DNA of 47,429 nt, from NCBI GenBank assembly GCA_020724505.1, contig DYGV01000012.1, forward strand, positions 1 through 47,429. Direction: 5' to 3'. The notes beneath the pieces were generated by a model, which worked only from the letters and a program-made list of their open reading frames with translations, searched no databases and was not told the origin of the DNA. Position 1 is the stretch's first letter. Every line of letters starts with the position of its first letter. The stretch is from Anaerolinea thermophila (GTDB lineage: Bacteria; Chloroflexota; Anaerolineae; Anaerolineales; UBA4823). Both the position numbers and the translations under genes were made by a program. This document shows positions 10,056 through 18,103 of the stretch, one piece after another.

Positions 10056-10958
10056 ATGACAAAATTAATCCCGCTAGCCCAAGCAATCCAACAATATGTG
10101 TTTGACGGCGATGTGGTGTACGCTGCCGGTTTCACACACCTCATCCCTTTCGCCGCCGGGCATGAGATCATCCGTCAGAAACGCAGAGACCTGACGCTGG
10201 CGCGCGCCACACCCGATTTAATTTACGATCAAATGGTCGCCGCGGGGTGCGCCCGCAAAGTAATCTTTTCGTATATGGGAAATCCCGGCGTGGGTTCATT
10301 GCGCATTATTCGTGCCGAACTGGAAGCCGGACGACTGGAATGGGAAGAATATTCGCATTTCGCCATGATCTCTCGCCTGCAAGCCGGCGCCGCCGGCCTC
10401 CCTTTCATGCCCATGAACCCCACCGCCGCCGAAGATCTGGAGAAGGTCAATCCGCAGTATCGGACTGTGATGGATCCCTATTCCGGTCGGCCGATCGTAG
10501 TCGTACCAGCGCTCAAACCGGATGTGGCAATAGTACATGTGCAACGCGCTGACGTCCACGGCAACGCTCAGATTTGGGGCATCATCGGTGAACAGAAAGA
10601 AGCCGCTTTTGCCGCCGAGCGGGTCATCCTCACCGCCGAAGAAATCGTTTCCGAAGAAGTTATCCGCTCAGATCCCAACCGCACCCTGATACCCGGATTT
10701 ATCGTGGATGCGGTCTGCCATGTACCTTATTGCAGCCACCCATCCTACACCCAGGGCTATTATGATCGCGATAACGTATTCTATTTGGAATGGGACAAGA
10801 TCAGCCAGAGCCGCGATCAGGTTAACGCCTGGCTGGATGAATGGGTGTATGGCGTAAAAGACCGCGCCGAATATTGGGAGAAACTCGGACCGCAAGTCCA
10901 TGAACGCCTGCGCGTGCCAGAACTGCTTAGCTATCCGGTTAATTACGGGAAATATTAG
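10056..10958 (+). CDS. CoA-transferase subunit A (glutaconate/3-oxoacid CoA-transferase family)
   Basis: 300 aa. The N-terminal layout MTKLIPLAQAIQQYVFDGDVVYAAGF...LTLARATPD...FSYMGNPGVGS is typical of family I CoA-transferase alpha subunits. It is paired with a beta-type subunit at 11861. Confidence 0.8.
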   Translation: MTKLIPLAQAIQQYVFDGDVVYAAGFTHLIPFAAGHEIIRQKRRDLTLARATPDLIYDQMVAAGCARKVIFSYMGNPGVGSLRIIRAELEAGRLEWEEYSHFAMISRLQAGAAGLPFMPMNPTAAEDLEKVNPQYRTVMDPYSGRPIVVVPALKPDVAIVHVQRADVHGNAQIWGIIGEQKEAAFAAERVILTAEEIVSEEVIRSDPNRTLIPGFIVDAVCHVPYCSHPSYTQGYYDRDNVFYLEWDKISQSRDQVNAWLDEWVYGVKDRAEYWEKLGPQVHERLRVPELLSYPVNYGKY

Positions 10959-10983
10959 ACAATCACGGGTCGTTCCATCGTTT

Positions 10984-11838
10984 ATGATCCCCGCTTCGAA
11001 TGTAGCGATCCCCTATGATGATTTTGGCGGCGAAGGCATAACAGCGCATTTTGCTCATGCCAATGGCTACCCACCGCTGGCGTATCAACCACTTCTAAGT
11101 ATGCTGAGTGGAAAATTCCGCGTGTTGGCGATGCGCCAGCGGCCTCTTTGGACTCAATCCAACCCCAACTCCCTGAAAGATTGGAGGCTCTTCGCCGCTG
11201 ATTTAGCGTGTTTTTTAGATCAGCATCGTCTCTCCGGCATTATTGGGATCGGTCACTCTTTTGGAGCGATCGCTACGCTGCGTTTGGCCTTGCAGCAACC
11301 AGGCAGATTTTCAGCCCTGGTATTGATTGACCCTGTGTTGTTCCCACCGATGATGATCTTGTTTTGGAATTTGCTCTACAAATCCGGGCTTGGATGGCGC
11401 TTTCATCCTTTGGTTCGCGGGGCACTGCGCCGACGGAGAGCCTTTGAAAGCAAGGTCGCCATGTTCTCTAATTATCGCGCGAAAGTGGTGTTCAACCGCC
11501 TGAGCGACGCCGCGCTACAAGCCTATGTTGCTTCGCTGGCGTGTGAGCAAACTGATGGAAGCGTCTCCTTGTGCTATCCGGCAGAGTGGGAAGCGCGCAT
11601 TTATGTCACCAGCATGTTGGCGGATATGGAGATTTGGCGAAATCTCTCCACTTTAAAGCCTCCTGTGCTCTTCATTCGCGGCGCAATGACGGACACATTT
11701 TGGGAAAGCACGGCTCAGAAGGTCAAACAACGTCTGCCAGCCGCGCAAGTAATCAGCATAGAAAATGCCGGCCACCTTGCACCTTTAGAAAAACCCGAAG
11801 CTGTTTATCAAGCTATTGTGGACTTTATCTTTGGCTAG
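10984..11838 (+). CDS. Alpha/beta-fold hydrolase
   Basis: The ATG at 10984 lies after the upstream stop. Nucleophile elbow GIGHSFGA, plus HFAHANGYP at the N-terminus and ENAGHLAPLEKPE at the C-terminus (the catalytic His region typical of the family). Confidence 0.8.
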   Translation: MIPASNVAIPYDDFGGEGITAHFAHANGYPPLAYQPLLSMLSGKFRVLAMRQRPLWTQSNPNSLKDWRLFAADLACFLDQHRLSGIIGIGHSFGAIATLRLALQQPGRFSALVLIDPVLFPPMMILFWNLLYKSGLGWRFHPLVRGALRRRRAFESKVAMFSNYRAKVVFNRLSDAALQAYVASLACEQTDGSVSLCYPAEWEARIYVTSMLADMEIWRNLSTLKPPVLFIRGAMTDTFWESTAQKVKQRLPAAQVISIENAGHLAPLEKPEAVYQAIVDFIFG

Positions 11839-11860
11839 AATGTATTATGGAGATATTACA

Positions 11861-12640
11861 ATGCAAACAACGCAAACTTTCACCTCCGCCGAACTTATGA
11901 TCGTCAACGCCGCTCGTCTGCTGCGCGACGGCGATGTAGTGTTCGTCGGGGTAGGACAGCCAAACCTGGCTTGTAACCTGGCGCGGCGAACTCATGCACC
12001 CAATCTGCTTATGATCTACGAAGCCGGCGTGATTGGGGCGCAACCATCTCGGTTGCCGCTCTCCATCGGCGACCCCACGCTGGTGAGCGGTGCTGCCGCC
12101 GTGTGTTCCATGTATGATATTTTCGCACTCTATTTGCAGCGCGGAAACGTGGACGTAGGCTTCATGGGTGGTGCACAGATTGATCGCTTTGGCAATATTA
12201 ACGCCACCGTCATCGGCAGCTACGATCACCCTAAAGTGCGTTTACCCGGTTCTGGTGGATCGAAAGAAATCGCCGCCTGGGCAAACCGTTGCTACATCAT
12301 GACCCCGCATCAAAAACGACGTTTTCCAGAAAAATGCGATTTCCGGACTTCTGCAGGGTTTCTTTCTTCGCGCGCGGAAAGAGAAGCGTATGGGTTGCGG
12401 GGTGGCGGCCCGCAGGCAGTAGTCACCGATATCGGGATCCTCGAACCCGATGAGACGGGAGAATTAATCCTTACAGCATTGCATCCCGGCAGGACGGTTG
12501 AGGAAGCAAAAGAAAACACCGGTTGGGCGCTAAAGGTATCAGGTCGTCTGCGCATAACGCAACCCCCAACGGAAGAAGAACTTCGCATCTTACATCAAGA
12601 ACTTGACCCACAGGGTATTTACCTGGGCGCATCCGGTTGA
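11861..12640 (+). CDS. CoA-transferase subunit B
   Basis: ATG 11861 is preceded by GGAG. SAELMIVNAARLLRDGDVVFVGVGQPNLA...GGAQIDRFGNIN...LPGSGGSKEIA matches the beta-subunit pattern. Confidence 0.8.
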   Translation: MQTTQTFTSAELMIVNAARLLRDGDVVFVGVGQPNLACNLARRTHAPNLLMIYEAGVIGAQPSRLPLSIGDPTLVSGAAAVCSMYDIFALYLQRGNVDVGFMGGAQIDRFGNINATVIGSYDHPKVRLPGSGGSKEIAAWANRCYIMTPHQKRRFPEKCDFRTSAGFLSSRAEREAYGLRGGGPQAVVTDIGILEPDETGELILTALHPGRTVEEAKENTGWALKVSGRLRITQPPTEEELRILHQELDPQGIYLGASG

Positions 12641-12682
12641 TAGGAACCGATTGAAATGGCAATACGGCCAGCTTGTTGATAG

Positions 12683-13300
12683 TCAGGGCAGCCAAAAACC
12701 AAATAGTTCTAATGGGTCGGCTGGTTCTGTATCATCGTCGTTGTCTTCGGTCGAACGAAACGTCGGCGTGGCAATTGGACGGGAGAAATGATACATTCCT
12801 GCCAGGCAAAGCCGATTCCCGGCGGCGTCGAAGGCACTAACCTGCCAGTTATACAACCCTCCTAATGGCAACGAGTATAGGCTGCGCTCATAGGTGGTCT
12901 GGCTTACGCGGTAAGTCTCAAACCGCCCGTTCGGCAGCACAAATAATATTTCGTACTCAACCGCGCCGGGCATAGCCTCCCAGGAAAAGACGACTTTTTC
13001 TCCATCTGCCAACAATTCTCCATCCGGCGGAGAAATCAAGCTTAAGCAAACAGAGGCAGAAGGAGTAGCCATTGGGCTCTCTTCGGTCTCAGTCGGTGGA
13101 AGCATCTCAATCGTAGGGGGTGGCGACGGTATGGCGGAGGCGGTGGCGGTGGGGGAAGGCGTCAACGTCAATGTTTCCTGTATCGTTTGCGTCGGTGTGA
13201 AAATGGGCGCAGCAGTGAAGGTGACATCAGCCCGATTGGGAAGATTGCACCCTGCCACGCCAAGCAACAAGACCCATGCCACAACGAATTCCCGGTGCAT
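12683..13300 (-). CDS. Putative lipoprotein with a Pro/Thr linker and a beta-rich C-terminal domain
   Basis: MHREFVVAWVLLLGVAGC carries a lipobox (VAGC). It is followed by a TPTQT...PSPTATASAIPSPPP linker. Start uncertain: the track ORF begins at 13345. Confidence 0.55.
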   Translation of the reverse strand: MHREFVVAWVLLLGVAGCNLPNRADVTFTAAPIFTPTQTIQETLTLTPSPTATASAIPSPPPTIEMLPPTETEESPMATPSASVCLSLISPPDGELLADGEKVVFSWEAMPGAVEYEILFVLPNGRFETYRVSQTTYERSLYSLPLGGLYNWQVSAFDAAGNRLCLAGMYHFSRPIATPTFRSTEDNDDDTEPADPLELFGFWLP

Positions 13301-13370
13301 GGGCAACAGGCCATAAAAGACGTCCTTCGCCCACCTGAGCAACAATGCTCACCTCGAAGCATTCATAGCA

Positions 13371-16300
13371 TTACTGAAAAGTGATTTTCTCCAGGCGGAT
13401 ATTTTCAGCGCCCACCAGTTTTGCCAAACGATCCAACAATTCCTGGCAAATCCCACAAGCCAGATTTGGAAATTCCAGCAGGAAGAAACGACCTCGTTCG
13501 TACACTTGCACGGCAAAACGGTCGTTTCCCGGATAAGACAAGATGATCCCATGGATGCGCCGCAGACGCAGCACGTCTCGAGCTTTGTCGCCGCTCGAAC
13601 GCAAGATGACCGTCAGCATACGCACCTCGCCTGGGTCAGTCTCGCTCTGAAGCGGAGATACCAAATAAGGGGGGATCCCCATCGGGCGTTCAGCCATTGC
13701 TCTGGTTGCCGGCGGGCGCGCCGGGGGGTTTGCCACAGGTGGAATCACGGGCGCTTCGGGAGATGGCTCGCTCAAAGCGATGCTCGGCTGCAAGGAAACA
13801 GAAGCATGGGCAGGGTTTGCGGGAGGCGAGATAGGCGGAGGATCGTCCTGCGATACATCAGCGGCCTTTTCAAAGGGTTGTTGCGCCGCTGGCGCGGCTA
13901 ACGGCCAGTCCAATTCCCATGGCGGAGTCTCAGGCTCTGGCGGGAGTGAATCATCTGCACTGAACGGAATTTCACCCTTGAAAATTTCATCATCCAAAGA
14001 GGGCTCATCGGGCAGGCTAGCAGCAGGTTTGCCTTCCTTCACCATCTCTCGAGACGACGGTCGTGAATCGGCCGAATGAATACGCGCTGAACCGGAAACA
14101 GGTTGAGGCTTTGCCGGGCTTTGCAAGGCTTTTTGATGAGGGAAAATATTCTCAACCTTCTCAGCACGCCCAGCATCGCCCTCCGCGCCACTCTCCACTG
14201 AAACCTTTTTCGCAAATTCTGTGACGATATTATCCACCAGGATTTTCGGCTCCGAGGTGCTTAGATCCACTCTACCATCCACTAGCACAATACGGTCCAC
14301 TTCGACCAACCCCGACAGGCGTTCCCAATGACGCGGGAAGATGACCAGCTCGATAGCTCCTTGTAAATCCTCCAGGGTTACAAAAGCCATACTTTGACCT
14401 GAACGGGTTTGGTGATGGCGAATACGAGTGATGACGCCCACCACACGCACATGCTCATCCTGCGTGGCTTCCGAAAGCTGACCAGAGTAATGCGTTACGA
14501 CTTCCCCCAGATCTTTCATCACCGGGCTAAGCGGATGATCGGATACATACAAACCGATTAATTCTCGCTCCCAGTTCAGGATCTCGCGCCGACTGACCTG
14601 GCTTTTCGTTTTTGGTAAATTGATTTCTTCGACCAGGCCAGGATGGACCCCAAACAGGCTCATCTGCCCCGTCTCTGCGGCGCGATGATGCGAAGCGCTA
14701 ACCGCAATAATCCGATCCAGCGCTTCTAATATCGCGATGCGGGAGCCCAGGGTATCCAAGGCGCCCACTTTGGTCAGGCATTCCATAGCCCGCCGCCCCA
14801 CCTGTCGCAAATCCACGCGTCGCGCCAGATCGTTCAAATCAACAAAGGGACCCTCTTGGCGCGCTTTTAAAATCGCCTCCACCGCCCCTTGCCCCACATT
14901 CTTCACCGCTCCCAATCCGAAACGAATGACCGAGCCGCCATTCTTACAATCTTCAATAGAAAAATCCCATTCACTGGCATTAATGTCCGGGGGCTCCACC
15001 GGTACTCCCATGCGGCGCGCGTCGGCGACATACAGCGCTACCTTACTGGTGTCGTTTTTCGAAACCGAGAGCAGCGCAGTCATATACTCGACCGGATAGT
15101 GCCGTTTGAGATAAGCGGTTTGCACCGCGATAACGCCATAATCTACCGCGTGACTTTTATTGAACCCGTAACGCGCAAACTCCTCCCAGTCATCAAAGAT
15201 TGCGGCCGCGGTTTCCGCCGAAATGCCATTCTTCAGCGCCCCGTCAATAAACTTCTGACGGTGGGCATCCAGCTTATCGCGCATCTTTTTCGCAATCGCT
15301 TTACGCAGATCATCGGCTTCTGGGGCGGTATACCCCGCCAATTTCATCGCCGCAAACATCAACTGTTCTTGATAGACTGGATAACCGTAGGTCTCCTTGA
15401 AAATATCTTCCAACCAGGGATGGCGATATTCAACCTTCTCCTCGCCATGCATTCGGCGGATATAACCCGGGATGAAGTCCATTGGGCCAGGGCGAAAAAG
15501 CGCCACCATGGCAATCACATGTTTCAGCTCCTTGGGCTTCATCTCAATCAGCCACCGACGCATCCCGGATCCTTCAACCTGAAAGACGCCAGCCGTTTCG
15601 CCTCGACCTAATAACTCATAGGTCTCCGGGTCATCCGTAGGGATATTATCCAACGTAAAACGTATTCCATGGCGTTGATAGATGAGATCACAAGCTTTCG
15701 CCATGATGGTCAACGTCGCCAGGCCCAGGAAGTCCACTTTGAGCAACCCCAACGAATCAAGCACGTTCATCTCGAACTGAGTGACCGTCTTGATCGGGCT
15801 ATCGCCGGCAGCATTGCCAGTTGGACGATGCAGTGGAATATATTCGATGATCGGTTTATCCGTGATAATCACGCCCGCGGCATGGGTGCCGGCGTTTCGA
15901 ACCACCCCCTCCATCTTGCTTGCAGTGTCAATCAGCTCTTTTAGATAAGGCGCTTCCTCATAAACCTGCTTAAACTCATTCACCTCTTGCAAAGCCTGCT
16001 CAATCGTGACGGGCTTGCCGGGAATATTCGGGATAAGTTTCGCGACCCGATCCACTTCGCTGAGGGGGATATCCATCACCCGCCCCACATCGCGTATTGC
16101 AGCCCGCGCACCCAGCGTGCCAAAAGTGATGATCTGAGCAACCTTATCGTCTCCATAACGACGCGCCGTATATTCCAGCATTTCAGCCCGCCGGTCATCA
16201 CGAAAATCCAGATCAATATCTGGCATCGAAATACGCCCTGGGTTCAAAAACCTTTCGAAAATCAAGCCATGTTCGAGGGGGTCCACCAGAGTAATCTCCA

Positions 16301-17408
16301 GGGCGTAAGCCACAATCGAACCCGCCGCCGAACCGCGCGCGTTGTACCAGATCCCTTGACTGCGCGCGTAACGACACAAATCCCAGACGATCAAAAAATA
16401 GGTATCAAACCCCATTTGGTGGATCACGCTGAGCTCATAGTCCAGCCGTTCGCGCACTCGCCTATCGGCTGCTCTTGCGCCATAACGCCGTTGTAGCCCC
16501 TCTTCGCACAAAGAGCGCAGATACCCCTCGGCGGTGTATCCCTCCGGTAAAGGAAATTCAGGTAAGTGATAACCCTTAAAGCCCAAATCTACATCGCAGC
16601 GCTCGGCGATCAGCAGAGTGTTCGCCAGTGCATCTGGCACATCCGCAAAAATACGTCGCATTTCCTCCGGGCTGCGCAGATAATAACTGTTATCTGTCAT
16701 GCGCATCCGGTTGGGGTCGCTAATCAAAGAGCCGGTTTGGATCGCCAATAAGATGTCTTGCAACCGTGCGTCTTCTGGCTCGATGTAATGCACATCATTG
16801 GTAGCCACAAAACTCGCCTCATACCGTCGGCCTAATTCAATCAACTGCCGATTGATGCGCTCCAATTCAGGTATATCGTGTTGCTGTAACTCAAGGAAAA
16901 AGCGTTGCTTGCCAAATACCTCATAATACCAATCCAATTGGCGGCGCGCAACTTCCAGGTTTCCTTCGGCAATCAACCGCGGCACTTCAGCAGACATGCA
17001 GCCGGAAGTACAAATGATACCCTCTGCATGTGCAGCAAGCAACTCATGATCCACACGGGGGTAATAATAAAAACCATCCAATTGCGCCTTGGAGGCTAAT
17101 TTCAACAGATTCTGGTAGCCTGTTTGATTCTCGGCCAACAGCAGCAAATGGGTTGATTTCTTATCAGACTGGGGATCACGCGAGGACATTCCACGCGGCG
17201 CAAGGTATGCCTCAATACCAATGATCGGTTTAATCCCCGCCTTCTTCGCCGCATTATAAAAATCTATCACCCCAAACATGGTGCCATGATCGGTCAATGC
17301 CAGGGCAGGCATACCCATCTCTTTCGCCCGCGCCACTAGCTTCTTGATATTACTGAAGCCATCAAGCAATGAGTACTCAGAGTGGACATGCAGGTGAACG
17401 AATGACAT
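13371..17408 (-). CDS. dnaE: DNA polymerase III alpha subunit with about 300 aa of extra C-terminal sequence
   Basis: MSFVHLHVHSEYSLLDG (PHP domain), a collinear Pol IIIa core, an OB-fold region, then a Pro-rich low-complexity segment and a small terminal domain. Confidence 0.95.
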   Translation of the reverse strand: MSFVHLHVHSEYSLLDGFSNIKKLVARAKEMGMPALALTDHGTMFGVIDFYNAAKKAGIKPIIGIEAYLAPRGMSSRDPQSDKKSTHLLLLAENQTGYQNLLKLASKAQLDGFYYYPRVDHELLAAHAEGIICTSGCMSAEVPRLIAEGNLEVARRQLDWYYEVFGKQRFFLELQQHDIPELERINRQLIELGRRYEASFVATNDVHYIEPEDARLQDILLAIQTGSLISDPNRMRMTDNSYYLRSPEEMRRIFADVPDALANTLLIAERCDVDLGFKGYHLPEFPLPEGYTAEGYLRSLCEEGLQRRYGARAADRRVRERLDYELSVIHQMGFDTYFLIVWDLCRYARSQGIWYNARGSAAGSIVAYALEITLVDPLEHGLIFERFLNPGRISMPDIDLDFRDDRRAEMLEYTARRYGDDKVAQIITFGTLGARAAIRDVGRVMDIPLSEVDRVAKLIPNIPGKPVTIEQALQEVNEFKQVYEEAPYLKELIDTASKMEGVVRNAGTHAAGVIITDKPIIEYIPLHRPTGNAAGDSPIKTVTQFEMNVLDSLGLLKVDFLGLATLTIMAKACDLIYQRHGIRFTLDNIPTDDPETYELLGRGETAGVFQVEGSGMRRWLIEMKPKELKHVIAMVALFRPGPMDFIPGYIRRMHGEEKVEYRHPWLEDIFKETYGYPVYQEQLMFAAMKLAGYTAPEADDLRKAIAKKMRDKLDAHRQKFIDGALKNGISAETAAAIFDDWEEFARYGFNKSHAVDYGVIAVQTAYLKRHYPVEYMTALLSVSKNDTSKVALYVADARRMGVPVEPPDINASEWDFSIEDCKNGGSVIRFGLGAVKNVGQGAVEAILKARQEGPFVDLNDLARRVDLRQVGRRAMECLTKVGALDTLGSRIAILEALDRIIAVSASHHRAAETGQMSLFGVHPGLVEEINLPKTKSQVSRREILNWERELIGLYVSDHPLSPVMKDLGEVVTHYSGQLSEATQDEHVRVVGVITRIRHHQTRSGQSMAFVTLEDLQGAIELVIFPRHWERLSGLVEVDRIVLVDGRVDLSTSEPKILVDNIVTEFAKKVSVESGAEGDAGRAEKVENIFPHQKALQSPAKPQPVSGSARIHSADSRPSSREMVKEGKPAASLPDEPSLDDEIFKGEIPFSADDSLPPEPETPPWELDWPLAAPAAQQPFEKAADVSQDDPPPISPPANPAHASVSLQPSIALSEPSPEAPVIPPVANPPARPPATRAMAERPMGIPPYLVSPLQSETDPGEVRMLTVILRSSGDKARDVLRLRRIHGIILSYPGNDRFAVQVYERGRFFLLEFPNLACGICQELLDRLAKLVGAENIRLEKITFQ

Positions 17409-17567
17409 GGGCTTAAAGATTATAGCATGGAAGCATACAGGCTAACTTTAAAACATAAGCCCGGCAGCTTAAAATTTTAGCGCATGCGTCCGCTGCGACA
17501 ACGCCCTAAACGCCTCGCGAATGTGGAGGCTTGATTGCATTCCTATAAAAATCACTGAAAGTTGAAT

Positions 17568-17906
17568 TTATCCGCCGCGCCGTCGTTTGTCGCGCTCGCC
17601 TTTATGACGCTGCCGGCGCTCAAGGACATAATCATCATACTCATCATAGTCATCGTCCTCGCCCAGGTCGCCATAAAGCGGGTTGACCCGTCCACCCTTT
17701 TGTGGTTTGCCCTTCTTCAGGTTAGCGGGCTGACCGTTGCGTCGCATTCCATTCCGTTTTCGAGTAGGCAATTCCAACTCGAAGGGATTCAAAGAGACAA
17801 CCTGCAAATTCGCCAAACAGGTGGGACAGGTAACCGGTTGATTCAGCTTGGGGGAAATGCCGAGGGTAATGATGTCTTCACAAACAGGGCATCGTGCTGA
17901 GGCCAT
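17568..17906 (-). CDS. Small zinc-ribbon protein; the N-terminus is LysW-like and the tail is highly charged
   Basis: CPVCEDIITLGISPKLNQPVTCPTCLANLQVVSLNPFELELP has CxxC...CxxC spacing and an L-x-V-V-x-L-x-P tail like the LysW carrier protein. The rest is acidic (GEDDDYDEYDDY) and then basic (RRQRHKGERDKRRRGG). Confidence 0.6.
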   Translation of the reverse strand: MASARCPVCEDIITLGISPKLNQPVTCPTCLANLQVVSLNPFELELPTRKRNGMRRNGQPANLKKGKPQKGGRVNPLYGDLGEDDDYDEYDDYVLERRQRHKGERDKRRRGG

Positions 17907-18073
17907 ATGAAAAACTCGCTATACTGTCAACCTCAAAAATACGATGGCATGAATTATACCAGCTTGATAGGCTTTAGGTATTAAAAAAACCGCTCTCTTT
18001 ATAACCAACTTGCTTCCTGGAGAATCACCATCGTTTCGCAGACTTGCTGAATTAATGGCTTCCAATCTTCTTG

Positions 18074-18082
18074 TGCTATAAT
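18074..18082 (+). promoter_or_regulatory. Extended -10 promoter element candidate upstream of secA
   Basis: TGcTATAAT at 18074-18082, 22 nt upstream of the secA ATG. GAGG RBS at about 18092-18095. No good -35 element seen. Confidence 0.3.
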
Positions 18083-18103
18083 CCAGCGACGTGAGGTACC
18101 TTC

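Noticed and set aside
14889-16496. Long plus-strand ORFs (240 aa and 169 aa) inside dnaE; similar antisense ORFs lie inside secA (20378..20905), the CHAT gene (35009..35761) and the TolB-like gene
   Set aside because: They lie antisense to genes with unambiguous homology-type motifs. They are Arg/His/Pro-rich, carry no motifs and have no RBS, which is typical of shadow ORFs in moderately GC-rich DNA.
17562-17900. Plus-strand 112-aa ORF mirroring the zinc-ribbon gene
   Set aside because: The minus-strand frame has CxxC...CxxC zinc-ribbon logic and an ATG start. The plus-strand frame is hydrophobic low-complexity sequence without an RBS.
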